From a plasmid: a stretch of DNA of 51,411 nt. Location: the sequence record NZ_CP066773.1; one strand, given 5' to 3'. The notes under the pieces are model-generated. The model saw nothing but the letters and a program-made list of their open reading frames with translations. It was not told the origin of the DNA and made no database searches. How positions within the stretch are numbered: position 1 is the first letter of the stretch; each line of letters begins with the position of its first letter. Positions 36,386 to 46,772 of this stretch are shown piece after piece. A program made the translations under genes and the position numbers.

Positions 36386-36991
36386 TTAGCCCACGCCACC
36401 ACCACATGCCCACGGGTTGTTGACAAAGAAGACACGCGACAAGTATTGGGTCGCGGTATTCGGGTCCGAAGGCTGGGGGATGTACATCGGCTGATAGTAA
36501 CGAGCGTAGTTCTGGTTCATATATGCCGCTCCATTGCTGAACATCTGATCCCAAGTACCAGAGAAAGACTGGCTCCAATCGGGATTGCTTGCGTCATACG
36601 TCCCGTCAGCATATGTATTGAAGGCCCCAAGGGTTCCGCAGCTGTTGGTGGTGGCCGTTGCCACAACCACGTGACCTGGCGGCGGTGACGGTGGAGCAGG
36701 CGGCGGAATTACCGCGCACACCGGCTGGCTCCATGCTTCCCCGTTCCACACAGGAGCTGATGTTTGGGTGCTGCCCGCCGGGCACGTAGGCGCGGGCGGC
36801 GGATTGTTTGTCAGACATCGCAGCAAGCCGCCATGACTTGGCGACGATCCCCAATGATCGCCCGGATGACAATCCGCGACTGTGAACGGTACGGCTGGCA
36901 ATTTAACCAGCTGCGCTTGAGCCTCACCGAATAACGCGGCGCAGATCGCAGCGCAGGACAACACCGTCAAGGCCACTTGCTTCTTGCACAT
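36386..36991 (-). CDS. Secreted Pro-rich protein (signal peptide MCKKQVALTVLSCAAICAALFGEAQA).
   Basis: 201 aa. PPPAPT and PPPAPPSPPPG tracts. AGGAGAAG RBS. Confidence 0.45.
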   Translation of the reverse strand: MCKKQVALTVLSCAAICAALFGEAQAQLVKLPAVPFTVADCHPGDHWGSSPSHGGLLRCLTNNPPPAPTCPAGSTQTSAPVWNGEAWSQPVCAVIPPPAPPSPPPGHVVVATATTNSCGTLGAFNTYADGTYDASNPDWSQSFSGTWDQMFSNGAAYMNQNYARYYQPMYIPQPSDPNTATQYLSRVFFVNNPWACGGGVG

Positions 36992-37014
36992 TTCTCTTCT
37001 CCTCACACGTTCGG

Positions 37015-38253
37015 TCAATACTGACAGCCCGTTGTCAGCGTACCCACGAGCTGGCCACCAAGATTTCCGGTGTCGTTCCCGCTGTACCAGGTCGACGACG
37101 AGCGGGCCGATGCCTGCGCATACCAGACCGCGCCTTGGTCGATAGCGGTGAAAAGGTTTCCTTCAATTGGCGGATTCACATAGCCGGTATCGTTCACAAG
37201 GAATGTCCCCGGCGTATACATGGCCCAAGGCGTGCCGCCGGGACAACTATCTTTGGCGAAGGTCATACCGTCAGTAACATTTGTGAACTGGCGATTGATC
37301 GCGAATCTGCCCATCGCATTGTTGATCGCCACATATTGATTGTTTTTACAGATATAACCGGCATTGGTTGCATCTGTGGCGATCTGACCGTTGTTGTTGC
37401 AGGGCATGCCATTGGTGACGTTAGCTACTGCGGTGCCAATCGGCTCCCAGACGCCGGTGCTGGCGCTGCAGATCACTAGGCCGGTTCCCGTCGCGCTGGT
37501 GCGAATAGCACCGGCGCTTGCGCATGCCGTGTTTGGGGCGCCAGTACCGGTCAGATGCGCCTGTGTGGCGTTCGCATTGCCGATGTTGTTGATGTCGTTG
37601 CCCGTCATGTCGAGCGCTGTCTGCATCTGGTTGAGTTCCGGGTGTCCAGGAACCTGTACCCGGTACAGATAGTTGTTGTTGACCTGTGCGCCGCCAAACG
37701 CCAACAGCGAAGCCAGGTGGCCGCTTCCAGGGTTCGTGTAACCGGTGAGCGACACACGCCAGCCGCCGAACGCGCCATAGGCATTGTTAGGTGTCATGGT
37801 GGCGTCGCCCAATTGCCCGGTGTAAGGCACGAAACCACCTTGCGCTCCAGCCTGCGCCGCGATCTGCACCAGCTGCTTGACGTCGGTGACCGCCCGGCCG
37901 CCCTGTGTGGTCACAAGGGATTGCAGCGTGTTCGCAGACGGCTGCAGCACCTGTAGTAGCCAGGTTTGACCGAAGGCATTGGTCGACGAAAATCCCGCAG
38001 GCAGATATGAGGGGGTTGAATTGATCAACGTGGCCGTGGTCACCGACACCGGCGTAGTAGCTGTAGCCTGAGCCACGAGCGTAGCGGCGTTGTCCTGCAC
38101 GTACTGCTGCGCAGCTTTGTTGAAGACGAGCATCTGGCTCGCCACGGCCGCAGTTTGCACGTTAGTGACACCGACCTTGGCCCATGTCGTGAAGCCGGCA
38201 AGACTTAGCATCGACAGCACCAGCGCGACGATGTATCCCAATAGGGCGTCCAT
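37015..38253 (-). CDS. pilV: PilV-like minor pilin / tip adhesin of the type IVb thin pilus.
   Basis: Class III (prepilin) N-terminus MDALLG-YIVALVLSMLSLAGF, near-identical in style to the major pilin. Large Gly/Asn/Thr-rich C-terminal domain with Cys pairs. 412 aa. Confidence 0.6.
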   Translation of the reverse strand: MDALLGYIVALVLSMLSLAGFTTWAKVGVTNVQTAAVASQMLVFNKAAQQYVQDNAATLVAQATATTPVSVTTATLINSTPSYLPAGFSSTNAFGQTWLLQVLQPSANTLQSLVTTQGGRAVTDVKQLVQIAAQAGAQGGFVPYTGQLGDATMTPNNAYGAFGGWRVSLTGYTNPGSGHLASLLAFGGAQVNNNYLYRVQVPGHPELNQMQTALDMTGNDINNIGNANATQAHLTGTGAPNTACASAGAIRTSATGTGLVICSASTGVWEPIGTAVANVTNGMPCNNNGQIATDATNAGYICKNNQYVAINNAMGRFAINRQFTNVTDGMTFAKDSCPGGTPWAMYTPGTFLVNDTGYVNPPIEGNLFTAIDQGAVWYAQASARSSSTWYSGNDTGNLGGQLVGTLTTGCQY

Positions 38254-38264
38254 GAATCAATTCC

Positions 38265-38744
38265 TCAGGTAGTCGTTTGCACCCAATCAATCAGCGCGCC
38301 AACGGGAATCATGGTTGGCACGGCGTAGGTCACGCCGGTCATCATGTTCACAGCCGTGCCCTGCCTGCTGACCCGAAACCACGCCGCATTGCCCTGGGTG
38401 TTTTGGATCAAGAATCCCGCCGCGCCGGGTGCCACCGGCATATAGCCGTAGATGTCGCGGCCGCCGCCAGCGCGAGCAGCAGCCATGCATACCGCGCCAG
38501 CCGGCGTCGAGACGCCAGCTGGCAGTGCTGGTGAAATGCTTACGCTAATCAGGCCCGGCGTCGCGCTAGCTGTTGCCACGCAAGCCGCACCGAAGACCAG
38601 CGCCTGTTGTGCCGACACGTTGGCCGCGGCTTCCATGCGGCCCGGCACGCCCGCGCCGGGCACAGCCTGCGCGAGCTGCCAGGCCTGGACTCCGACACCC
38701 AGGAAAAAAAGCACTGTGATGATGGGCAGCATCAAGAAAGCCAT
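38265..38744 (-). CDS. Membrane-anchored protein of the pilus locus (function unclear).
   Basis: N-terminal TM helix; 159 aa. Confidence 0.35.
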   Translation of the reverse strand: MAFLMLPIITVLFFLGVGVQAWQLAQAVPGAGVPGRMEAAANVSAQQALVFGAACVATASATPGLISVSISPALPAGVSTPAGAVCMAAARAGGGRDIYGYMPVAPGAAGFLIQNTQGNAAWFRVSRQGTAVNMMTGVTYAVPTMIPVGALIDWVQTTT

Positions 38745-38775
38745 GGCGCTGACTCCAGCTTGTGAAACATCATGC

Positions 38776-39276
38776 TCACTGGAACGTCACGGAAAACGTG
38801 GCCGTGGCGCTGCAGGCCGCACCAGCAGTGACCTGATCCGGCAGGTTCGCTTGAGTAAAAACCTGACCGTTGATGTCCAGTGATACATAGTCCTTCATGC
38901 CGGTGGCTACCTTCACGCATTGCGAGGCAGTCTCGCTGCCGCCGCCACCGAAGCCGACCACGCCTTGCGAGGCGTTATTGGTCGAAGCAAGCGTGACCGG
39001 GTTACCCCATGGATCAACGACCGTATTGCCACGCACCATGTCGGTCGGGAACATACCGCCGTTGATCATTGCCGGAACGTTGGCCGTGGTGAAATTTGCA
39101 TAGCCGTTATTGCTTTGTGAGAACCCTGCACGGGCATTGGTAATCATCTGCGCGACGTCGTTGACTACCACGCCCGCCTTGTGATTTTGGAAGCCGTTGT
39201 AGCCCGCGTAGGCGAGTCCGACGAGCGCCAAGAGCGTCAGAACAATGGCGATAATGTTTCCGAGAAGACGATCCAT
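38776..39276 (-). CDS. pilS: Type IVb major prepilin (PilS-like).
   Basis: Short leader MDRLLG followed by the hydrophobic NIIAIVLTLLALVGLAYAGY helix; C-terminal Cys pair. 166 aa. Confidence 0.65.
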   Translation of the reverse strand: MDRLLGNIIAIVLTLLALVGLAYAGYNGFQNHKAGVVVNDVAQMITNARAGFSQSNNGYANFTTANVPAMINGGMFPTDMVRGNTVVDPWGNPVTLASTNNASQGVVGFGGGGSETASQCVKVATGMKDYVSLDINGQVFTQANLPDQVTAGAACSATATFSVTFQ

Positions 39277-39311
39277 GAATAACCTCTAAAAGTGAAATCA
39301 CGCCCGAGCCA

Positions 39312-40352
39312 TCAGATTTGCCCCATCGCGGACGTGAGAATCGATGAAAGCGAGTTGGCGCCAAGCTGCAGCACCACGAAAGCGAGAAACATGAACCCCG
39401 TGAAGACCGCCGACATCAACATGCCCCGCGCGAGCAGTTGCCGCTCGATGACTTCCGCGTACTGGCGCACGGCCACGGCGATCTTGTCGGTGAAGTCGTC
39501 AAAGCCGGCGTAGGCGCCGATCTCATCGATCAAGTCCGGGGATGGAAAGCCGTACCCGGTAGCCCGCATGGCTTCCGGTAGGCTCAGGCCATCAATCAGC
39601 CCATTGCGGATAGGTTTCAGACGCGAGGCAAGCCACGGCGAAGCGGACGCAATCTGGTTGTCCAGCGCCACCGTGTCTGGGATGCCGGCGCGCAATAGCG
39701 CGACGAACGACAGTAACCAGGTGAAGCCGGTGATTTCCCGATACACCGTGAAGGGGAACAAGCGCCTGTCGCAGAACGCGCGCGCGGGTCCAATCCAGCG
39801 CGGCAGCGCCCACCATGACCAGACGGCATAGATCAGCAGCCCGCCGAAGCAAATCGGTGCCGGCCAGCCGACGGCGAGATCCCCCATCAGGTACATCGCA
39901 TAGGCCCAGTCGGTCCACTTGGAGAGCGGCAGCACGTCCAGGAACTGCGGCACGATCGAGGCACCAATCAACAACAGCACCGCGTACAAGCTAACCAGGT
40001 AGACGGAGGGTGCGAAGAAACTCGCCTGCAGCTTCTGACGTAGGCGCGTGGTGAGATCACGCACTTCCATCACCAGGCGCATGGAATCCGGCAACTGGCC
40101 GGCTTGGTCGCCGGCATCGAGCACGCTGCGCTCCAAGTCCGAAAGGTCGTCGCCCAAAGCTAGAACGAAGGGATCGCCGTCCACCACCCGTCGCGCAACC
40201 TCATCGGCGGCCTCTGCGGCACGCTTGCGCCCACGGCGCGCTAAGCGCGTGCTGAACTCCCCAAGCACCTGCGAAAGCGTCATCCCGTTATCTAGTTGCG
40301 ACGAAGCCTGTTGATACAGGCGCCGGCGCAGCGTCCACGACAGGCCGCTCAT
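39312..40352 (-). CDS. pilR: Pilus inner-membrane platform protein (GspF/PilC family; R64 PilR-like).
   Basis: 346 aa with T2SS-F domain architecture: cytoplasmic domains alternating with three TM segments. Confidence 0.8.
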   Translation of the reverse strand: MSGLSWTLRRRLYQQASSQLDNGMTLSQVLGEFSTRLARRGRKRAAEAADEVARRVVDGDPFVLALGDDLSDLERSVLDAGDQAGQLPDSMRLVMEVRDLTTRLRQKLQASFFAPSVYLVSLYAVLLLIGASIVPQFLDVLPLSKWTDWAYAMYLMGDLAVGWPAPICFGGLLIYAVWSWWALPRWIGPARAFCDRRLFPFTVYREITGFTWLLSFVALLRAGIPDTVALDNQIASASPWLASRLKPIRNGLIDGLSLPEAMRATGYGFPSPDLIDEIGAYAGFDDFTDKIAVAVRQYAEVIERQLLARGMLMSAVFTGFMFLAFVVLQLGANSLSSILTSAMGQI

Positions 40353-42178
40353 GGTGTCACCTCCGACGTTTCGTCCGGCGGCAGATCGATTTCATCCCGC
40401 ATCGGAATGGCATCGACTCGGCGCTGGGCATCGCGAGGGTCCAGCCGGCCCGCGAGCACAAGATCGATCGCGTGGGCAATCATCGGCTTATCGGAGCCGG
40501 CACGCCGGCGGTGGTTACGACGTGCTACCAACACGCCGTGCTCGATGCAATCCTGCATCAGCGCTTCGCTGGTCACCACCACCTCGGCCACTGCTTGCTC
40601 ACCAGCGATGCCTTTGCCGTCGCAGTGCGGGCAACCCGTGCCGCGCACGCGCACGCCGGACAAGTCCCCCCAGGTATGCAAGGCTCGCAGCATGTAGGCT
40701 GGCAACTGTTCGCTGGCCTGATCGAGAGGTACACTGCAGTGCGGGCACAGCATCTGCACGATGCGCTGCGCGATCAGGCCGATAATCAGGTTGTGGTTGC
40801 AGATGATTTCCAGTGACAGCCGCACATGGTCCATGCCCATCAACCGCGTGAACGTCTCGAATGGGTCAGTCACGTGCAGCGTGGTGGGCACCTGGTGCCC
40901 GGTTGCGGCGGCCTGCAGGGTGGCCTCGCCCGCGTCCGCGTCGCGGATCTCGCCGAGCAGGACAACATCAGGGTCCATGCGCAGCGTCTTGGTCAGCATC
41001 TGCGGAAAGCTTTTGCTGTCGGTGACGAGCTGGATCGCCCAGTTCATCGGGTATTCGGTGGGGTCCTCGATGGTGATCAGGCGGTCATGCGGGAGCAGGC
41101 GCGCCCGTTCCCGCGTGTATTCATAGAGCGTGGTAGTTTTACCCGAGCCCGTAGGGCCGGTCACGATGACAGCACCCATCGGGCGATGCATCAGCCGTGA
41201 GACGAGTTCCACCTGCAGCGGCGTGTAACCCATCTCTCCCAAGCGGAAAGCGCCCGGTGGCGCTTTGGGCGTGCACAAATCCAAGCGCTTCGCAACTTCT
41301 GGGGAGCCCTCGGATTGCGCCGCAAGATCACGATATTGCAGACGTGCAACCAAGAAGCCGCCACCGGACTCCACCGGAAATGATGGCCCTCGAATAATCC
41401 GAACAGAGGTGAGCCCCGTGCCGGGCAACGCTTCACCTGTGATCTGTGCATTCTGGAAGTTCAGCGCCTTGTAGCTGTCCTCCTTGATGGTGGCCAAGCC
41501 CGAATACATAGAGCGCGTCAGGCGTTCACCTTCCTCGCGGCGCATCGACATCGAGGCGACTGTCCACAGATCGCCCTTGATGCGGATCTGGACCTCGGTG
41601 TGGTCCTCGCGCACCAGGATGTGAATGTCAGAGGCGCCGACTGCGGCAGCATCGGCGATCAGTTGACGCGCCTTGGCCAGGGTCTGTAGATCGGTATCGT
41701 CCAGCCGCCCGGCATTGGCCAACTCCCGGCGCAGCGCCGCCAGGTCCTGAGCGGAGGCTTTTCTGACCTGGGGCGTGGCACCCAGGCGCCGTAGCGCGGC
41801 TTCCCATGCCAGAAAGCGCGGGGTGCCATAGTGACGTGCATCCACGTGCACGACAAAACCCTGCGCGGCCAGCACACGTTGCACCTGTTCGGACGATAGG
41901 CCGAACGTCGGCGCCAGGTATTCGACATACCCACCCTGCCCCGCAGCCCGCTGGCGCAGTGCCTGGGCCTGGCCTGTAGAGAGCAGGTTCAGATCAACTG
42001 CGATCTGTTCAAAACGCGGGCCGAACACTCGCGGATAGACGACGTGGGGTGCCAGCGCTTCGGGCGGTTCGGGCACCAAATTGGCCTTGTCCGTGGCTGC
42101 CACGGCACCGCCACGGCCAGCCTCGCCGGGATCGAGCCGCGCCGGTTTGCGAACAAAACGGTTCAGGAAGGCAAACAT
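40349..42178 (-). CDS. pilQ: Pilus assembly ATPase (GspE/PilB family; R64 PilQ-like). Start MFAFLNRFVRKP overlaps the stop of the upstream gene by 1 nt.
   Basis: Walker A VTGPTGSGKTTTL; Asp/His boxes; C-terminal tetracysteine CPHC...CPHC. The first 62 codons of the ORF-track call are spurious. Confidence 0.85.
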   Translation of the reverse strand: MFAFLNRFVRKPARLDPGEAGRGGAVAATDKANLVPEPPEALAPHVVYPRVFGPRFEQIAVDLNLLSTGQAQALRQRAAGQGGYVEYLAPTFGLSSEQVQRVLAAQGFVVHVDARHYGTPRFLAWEAALRRLGATPQVRKASAQDLAALRRELANAGRLDDTDLQTLAKARQLIADAAAVGASDIHILVREDHTEVQIRIKGDLWTVASMSMRREEGERLTRSMYSGLATIKEDSYKALNFQNAQITGEALPGTGLTSVRIIRGPSFPVESGGGFLVARLQYRDLAAQSEGSPEVAKRLDLCTPKAPPGAFRLGEMGYTPLQVELVSRLMHRPMGAVIVTGPTGSGKTTTLYEYTRERARLLPHDRLITIEDPTEYPMNWAIQLVTDSKSFPQMLTKTLRMDPDVVLLGEIRDADAGEATLQAAATGHQVPTTLHVTDPFETFTRLMGMDHVRLSLEIICNHNLIIGLIAQRIVQMLCPHCSVPLDQASEQLPAYMLRALHTWGDLSGVRVRGTGCPHCDGKGIAGEQAVAEVVVTSEALMQDCIEHGVLVARRNHRRRAGSDKPMIAHAIDLVLAGRLDPRDAQRRVDAIPMRDEIDLPPDETSEVTP

Positions 42179-43437
42179 CAAATTCCTCCGTGTACAGGCG
42201 CCGCGCCTCGCGCGGTGTAAAGCGTGCCGTTGGCGGTCCATTGTTGAGCTCGCGCGTCGTAGCCCAGGTCGACTACGCGCAGGCCCGGCACTACATCGAA
42301 AGCCGCGGCCAAATCCAACCAGGGCGGTGCGGCCAGCGTGAAATTCGCCGTCACCTGAATCCAAGGATCGGGGGGTGGCGCATCCTTGTCCGCCTGCGCT
42401 GGCGAAGGCGGTGGATCGGTCAAGCGCAAAGTCAAGCCATGTTCCTGCGCGAGCATCCAGATGTTCTTGCGTGCGGCAGTAAGGGGGAGCACGTCGACAT
42501 TTGCCGGCGGCCCAAAAGGCGAGGAGGCCTCACGAGAATGATTGGCCGACTGCCCGTCAGCCGAGAGTGCGCCAGGCGCATCCGCCGCAAGGCCGCCTTC
42601 TCGGTTCCACGATGTCTCGATGGCAATGCGGCCAGCTTCGGGGGCGTTACCAGGACGGGGCTTGCAATGCCAACTGGCGAGCGTCCAGCCACGCATGGCC
42701 AACTCCTGCTCGTGCCAGGCCGCCCGGCAGGCCTCGAAGAACATCGCCGGCGTGGGCTCGCGAAGCCAAGGTTGGATGCGTTGCTGGGCAGCAGCAGCAG
42801 CTTTACGCGCGGCCGCTGCCTTCTGGCGGGCCTGAGCCGCCAAGCGTTCGGCCTCTTGCTGTTGGTCATACAAGTACCAGCCGCCAAAGACAGTTCCCAC
42901 CACAAGCGCAGTTGCCGTTACGGCAAGCGCGGCAGTCCGCCAGGAGCCAGACTGCACGTCGTGTAAAGCCGGCACGCTCGTGGCCTGGCGTGCAAGGTTG
43001 GCCAAGTCGTCTAGATTGCCCTCGATCTCTGTCCAGCCTGGTAGCGATTGGTGATAAGCGCGAATCGCAGCCAGTTCGCTGAGCGTGCCAACCTGATCGC
43101 CGCCGGCGATGACAGCTTGCCCCTGGCGTACTGCGATGTACCAGTAATGCTCGCCGCCCAGGTGATACAGGCCTGCCCAGGGTTGCGGATGCGCAGTGGC
43201 GACAATGGCCGCTAGAGGTCTGGCCCGTGACGGTTTGACGCCTGCGATTGGTTCACACAGCGCACTTTGAAAGGTGCCATGCGCATTCTTGAACGCTACG
43301 CCCCATCGCACGTTGGGCCCGAGCTGACGTGCCAGCTTGCGCAAGCTTTGTGCCTTTGGCAGGTTTTCCTCGTGTTGCCACGACAAACCAACTGCAAAAG
43401 CACCCTTCGCACCGGAAAAGGTAAGTGCGTGCGCCAT
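42178..43437 (-). CDS. PilO-like type IVb pilus biogenesis protein.
   Basis: 419 aa; central TM plus coiled coil; position between the secretin-side genes and the ATPase, as in R64 pilO. Confidence 0.45.
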   Translation of the reverse strand: MAHALTFSGAKGAFAVGLSWQHEENLPKAQSLRKLARQLGPNVRWGVAFKNAHGTFQSALCEPIAGVKPSRARPLAAIVATAHPQPWAGLYHLGGEHYWYIAVRQGQAVIAGGDQVGTLSELAAIRAYHQSLPGWTEIEGNLDDLANLARQATSVPALHDVQSGSWRTAALAVTATALVVGTVFGGWYLYDQQQEAERLAAQARQKAAAARKAAAAAQQRIQPWLREPTPAMFFEACRAAWHEQELAMRGWTLASWHCKPRPGNAPEAGRIAIETSWNREGGLAADAPGALSADGQSANHSREASSPFGPPANVDVLPLTAARKNIWMLAQEHGLTLRLTDPPPSPAQADKDAPPPDPWIQVTANFTLAAPPWLDLAAAFDVVPGLRVVDLGYDARAQQWTANGTLYTARGAAPVHGGI

Positions 43438-43439
43438 GG

Positions 43440-44006
43440 TTAGGGCCTCAGAATACGCACACGCTTGCCGTTGACGATCTTGATGCCCGCGTCATCAACG
43501 CCAGCGACCTTCCAGCCGCCGTCAAGCGTGTCGCCAGCGCGTACAGGAATCGCCTGGCCGTTTACCTCCACCATCGCGGTGTACTTGCCGTCGTAGGCGT
43601 GCAGCGAAATCGCGCGCGGCCCTGCAGCAAGCGCGGATGCGGCCGGTGCAGCTGCGGGGACGGCCCCCTGTGCTGCTGCCATGGTGGCTGCCGGCAGCGG
43701 CGCGGCCAATCCCACGGCCGGCTCCGATTTACGGACCTCGGCCTGGTACTTGGCGATTTCGGCACGTGCTTTCCACAGCGGAATCTGCTTCTGCAGGTTG
43801 ACCAACTCATCGGACTCGGAGCTGCGTGCACCTTGACCGAGCTGCGCGCCTGCGGCGGCGGCCGGGCGGACAGCTGACGACGTGCCTTGCTGTGCGCCGG
43901 CACTGGCCAGAGAAGCTTGCGGTGCTGAAGCGTTCTGCGCGCGAGCGGAAATCGCAATACCGGCCAGCAGCGCACTCGCCAAGACATTCATGAGGGTTCT
44001 GTTCAT
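43440..44006 (-). CDS. PilP-like periplasmic pilus biogenesis protein (signal peptide, Ala/Pro-rich).
   Basis: 188 aa with a signal peptide; locus position. Confidence 0.4.
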   Translation of the reverse strand: MNRTLMNVLASALLAGIAISARAQNASAPQASLASAGAQQGTSSAVRPAAAAGAQLGQGARSSESDELVNLQKQIPLWKARAEIAKYQAEVRKSEPAVGLAAPLPAATMAAAQGAVPAAAPAASALAAGPRAISLHAYDGKYTAMVEVNGQAIPVRAGDTLDGGWKVAGVDDAGIKIVNGKRVRILRP

Positions 44007-44023
44007 GTCGGAATCTCCCTTGG

Positions 44024-45709
44024 TTAGAGCAGGCGCGCAGTGATGACGACAGCGATCATCGTGTCCTTCTTCTGCGCATCGACGCCACCGCCCAGCAGCG
44101 GCATGTACGGCGAGCCGATACCGTTGTTGGTTGTGCTCGTGGATTGCTCGCGCATGCCAGTGAGTACCAGCGTTTCGCCAGGCCTGAGCCCCACCGACTG
44201 CTCGAAGCGCGCCAGAGGCATCGTTCGCAGTTGGACGGTCGACTGACTCGCACTGCTGCCCGAAGTAAAGGTTTGCAGCGGTTGAAGCTCCGAGATGGTC
44301 ATATCGAAGACCATCATGATTCGGCCATTGATGACCTTGGGCCGGAAATTGCCGGTGAAGCCGGAGATGTTGGTAGAGGTTTGAATAGCCGTCGTAGAGC
44401 CGACGTTGCTGGCTAGCGTTGTTTGCGTGCCTTGCACGAAGTCCTGCAGCGTCGCGTCCTGCAGCGCAAGAACCTTGCCGTTTTGTGTGACGCCACCGCG
44501 TTGCAGAACCCGCGAGACATTGCCCAAGGTGGACAGCGCTTGGAGCGCGGCCTTGGTGCCGTCCAACTTGCCGCCGACGATGGTGGCGCCAAAGGTCATT
44601 GGCGATGCCGTGCTCGTTACGCTTGGAACACCAGCTCCAGTGAATGTCGCGCCGGTATGGCCGTTGCCGGACTTGTAAGCAAGCGACAGATTCAAACCGT
44701 AGTTGTCTTCCTGCGACAACCGGACTTCATAGATCTTCACGTCAATGCCGATCTGTTTGCCGAACATGGCGTCCAGACCTTTGACCCATTCTTCAAGGCG
44801 ATCACATTGCGGCGGCGTGGCTGTGACCGTTACCGAACCGAGATGCTTGTCGGCCACCACTGTTGCATCTGCTCCTGCGATTGTCTTGGCGATCTTCTCC
44901 AGATTCAGCCACGGATCAGATACCACAGCGAGCGTCGCTGTCTGGCCGCCGTTGCCGGAACCGCTCGATGAACCGGTGCCCGTCGATGCCGTGCTCGTGC
45001 CGGACGATCCCGAGCCAGCCGCCCCAGTTGAGTTAGCCGAAATCGAGCCATTCATTGAGGCGACTTCGCCCAGGTCTGGCAACGGGAAGGTGCGCGTTTC
45101 AGTCTTGAAAAATGCAACGGTGCCGTCGCGGTAGCGATCCCACACGCCCCAGTGTGCGTCAATCGTTTCAAGGAAACCGCGCAGGTTGCCGGTATAGCTC
45201 AACACCAGTGGCGCGACCGCCGCGCTCGCCGTCGTGCCAGCAGAGATTGCGGCGCCGGTCGGTGAGAGTGGCGCCGCACCAGTGCCGTAGCTCGATGGCA
45301 GGGGGCCGTTCAAATCCGACATGCGTTGGGGCGCGTTCCCGGAGCTGGACCGGGCCATCTGGAGCGGGATAGTGGCGGCCGAAGCTTCGACGGTGGCACG
45401 TACGCCAACGTTCTGGGCGATCCAATCCGCCGCTTCAGTGAGACTAGCGAGCGACCCCTTGAACACCACCTGCTTGCTGAAAATCTCCGGCTGCGGTTTG
45501 CTTGCGCGGATCTTCTCGCCCATCAGCCAAGATCCATCGTGAATCCGGACTACCGGGCGGCTACGAGGTGCCCCGTCAAGCTTGGCCTGTGCGTCCGAAA
45601 CGATTGCCGCTTGGTTCTCACGTACCTGCGTAATGCCGCAACCCTGCAGAGCAGTTACGGCGATCAGTGCTACCACCAGGGGCTTGATTTGAGGATTCCA
45701 GTTTTTCAT
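44024..45709 (-). CDS. pilN: Secretin lipoprotein of the type IVb pilus (R64 PilN / BfpB-like). Start MKNWNPQIKP, lipobox LQGCG.
   Basis: Lipobox followed by a long periplasmic N-domain and a C-terminal secretin domain (...VLTGMREQST...MPLLGGGVD...). About 562 aa. Confidence 0.7.
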   Translation of the reverse strand: MKNWNPQIKPLVVALIAVTALQGCGITQVRENQAAIVSDAQAKLDGAPRSRPVVRIHDGSWLMGEKIRASKPQPEIFSKQVVFKGSLASLTEAADWIAQNVGVRATVEASAATIPLQMARSSSGNAPQRMSDLNGPLPSSYGTGAAPLSPTGAAISAGTTASAAVAPLVLSYTGNLRGFLETIDAHWGVWDRYRDGTVAFFKTETRTFPLPDLGEVASMNGSISANSTGAAGSGSSGTSTASTGTGSSSGSGNGGQTATLAVVSDPWLNLEKIAKTIAGADATVVADKHLGSVTVTATPPQCDRLEEWVKGLDAMFGKQIGIDVKIYEVRLSQEDNYGLNLSLAYKSGNGHTGATFTGAGVPSVTSTASPMTFGATIVGGKLDGTKAALQALSTLGNVSRVLQRGGVTQNGKVLALQDATLQDFVQGTQTTLASNVGSTTAIQTSTNISGFTGNFRPKVINGRIMMVFDMTISELQPLQTFTSGSSASQSTVQLRTMPLARFEQSVGLRPGETLVLTGMREQSTSTTNNGIGSPYMPLLGGGVDAQKKDTMIAVVITARLL

Positions 45710-46305
45710 TCGCCTACTCCTGCTTGGTGTACCACCATCACCTGGTTGCCTTTCCAAATGTCCGCTTGCACGTCGGCACCGTTGGCAGCAAGCTGCTCGA
45801 TCGTCTGTTGCGCGGCGCGCGCAAAGTCGTTACCGAGAGGCTGATCGTTGGGAACGATCCAGCCGTCCGGCACATTCCATTCCACAGTCCAGCCCGCGCG
45901 TGCCGCCCACGCCTCTAGTTGCGCCTGCATGGATTTGCCCCTGACCAGTACGAAGGCATCAGCCGCCGGCGCGGGTGGCGAAACAGGTGCCACGGATGAG
46001 CGGGAGATTTCGGATGGACGCTTACCGTTCGGCATTTCAGTCGCGACTCCCGATCGCACTTGAACTGATTTACTCGGTGAGGCCGGCGTCGATCCGAGCA
46101 GTTGCCAGCCTTCTTCAGGAGACGGCTCCATAGCGCCCTTGGCATCGGCGATTCGTTGCCAAGTACCATCAGGCATTTCTTGCCAGTCCGTAGCTGCTTT
46201 GGCCTGGGCCGGCGCTGTTCGCGCCTGGGCGTCAACGGTCACGCCAAGGCCAGTCAGCAAGTAGAAGATGAGCATTGCTCGGTGGAATGGATGGAATGTG
46301 CGCAT
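45706..46305 (-). CDS. Periplasmic secretin-associated protein, TcpQ/PilM-like.
   Basis: Signal peptide; C-terminal ...AGWTVEWNVPDGWIVPNDQPLGNDFARAAQQ...KGNQVMVV resembles the TcpQ family. 199 aa. Confidence 0.4.
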   Translation of the reverse strand: MRTFHPFHRAMLIFYLLTGLGVTVDAQARTAPAQAKAATDWQEMPDGTWQRIADAKGAMEPSPEEGWQLLGSTPASPSKSVQVRSGVATEMPNGKRPSEISRSSVAPVSPPAPAADAFVLVRGKSMQAQLEAWAARAGWTVEWNVPDGWIVPNDQPLGNDFARAAQQTIEQLAANGADVQADIWKGNQVMVVHQAGVGE

Positions 46306-46334
46306 GGTTTTGAACTCGTTAGATCAGAGAGAAA

Positions 46335-46772
46335 TCAAGGCAATGCCGCGCGCTGCAGCGATTGCCACCGCGTGTAGATCTGATTGGCATATCTGAGCTG
46401 CTTGGCGGGTGTCGTCGCGTTGTAGGCGCCAACCGCGCGCCATGTCGCGCCAAACCGGTCGATGTTGGCGTGCAAGATCCAAGCGCCCACATACGCGTTA
46501 ATGCAAGCGTCGAGCAGCTGCTGCCGCGTGATGCCATAGCGGGCCAACCGTGGCAGATGCGCGGAATTGATTTGCATAAGGCCCAGGTCCTGCGAGCCAT
46601 CACGATTTCGATTGATGGCCAGAGGATTCATGTGCGATTCATGCAGCGCGATGCTGCGCAGGAGCGCGCCATCGACGCGGTGGTACGCCGCTGCGTCGTC
46701 CAGGCAATCTGCGTGGGCAGTTGGAGACGACAGAGACAGAACCAGTAGCAGAATCGGGCCGAGGCGTTTCAT
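46335..46772 (-). CDS. Second lytic transglycosylase (SLT domain), R64 PilT-like. Paralog of the 33071-33622 gene.
   Basis: Signal peptide; ALHESHMNP, GLMQINSAHL and AYN motifs. About 55% identical by eye to the VirB1-like SLT. Confidence 0.8.
   Translation of the reverse strand: MKRLGPILLLVLSLSSPTAHADCLDDAAAYHRVDGALLRSIALHESHMNPLAINRNRDGSQDLGLMQINSAHLPRLARYGITRQQLLDACINAYVGAWILHANIDRFGATWRAVGAYNATTPAKQLRYANQIYTRWQSLQRAALP

Noticed and set aside
38265-38744. Prepilin peptidase (PilU/A24) assignment for the membrane protein between pilS and pilV.
   Set aside because: Only two Asp residues are present and neither sits in the conserved N-terminal catalytic loop or a clear GGxDxK motif. The protein has only one obvious TM helix. 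Left as hypothetical.
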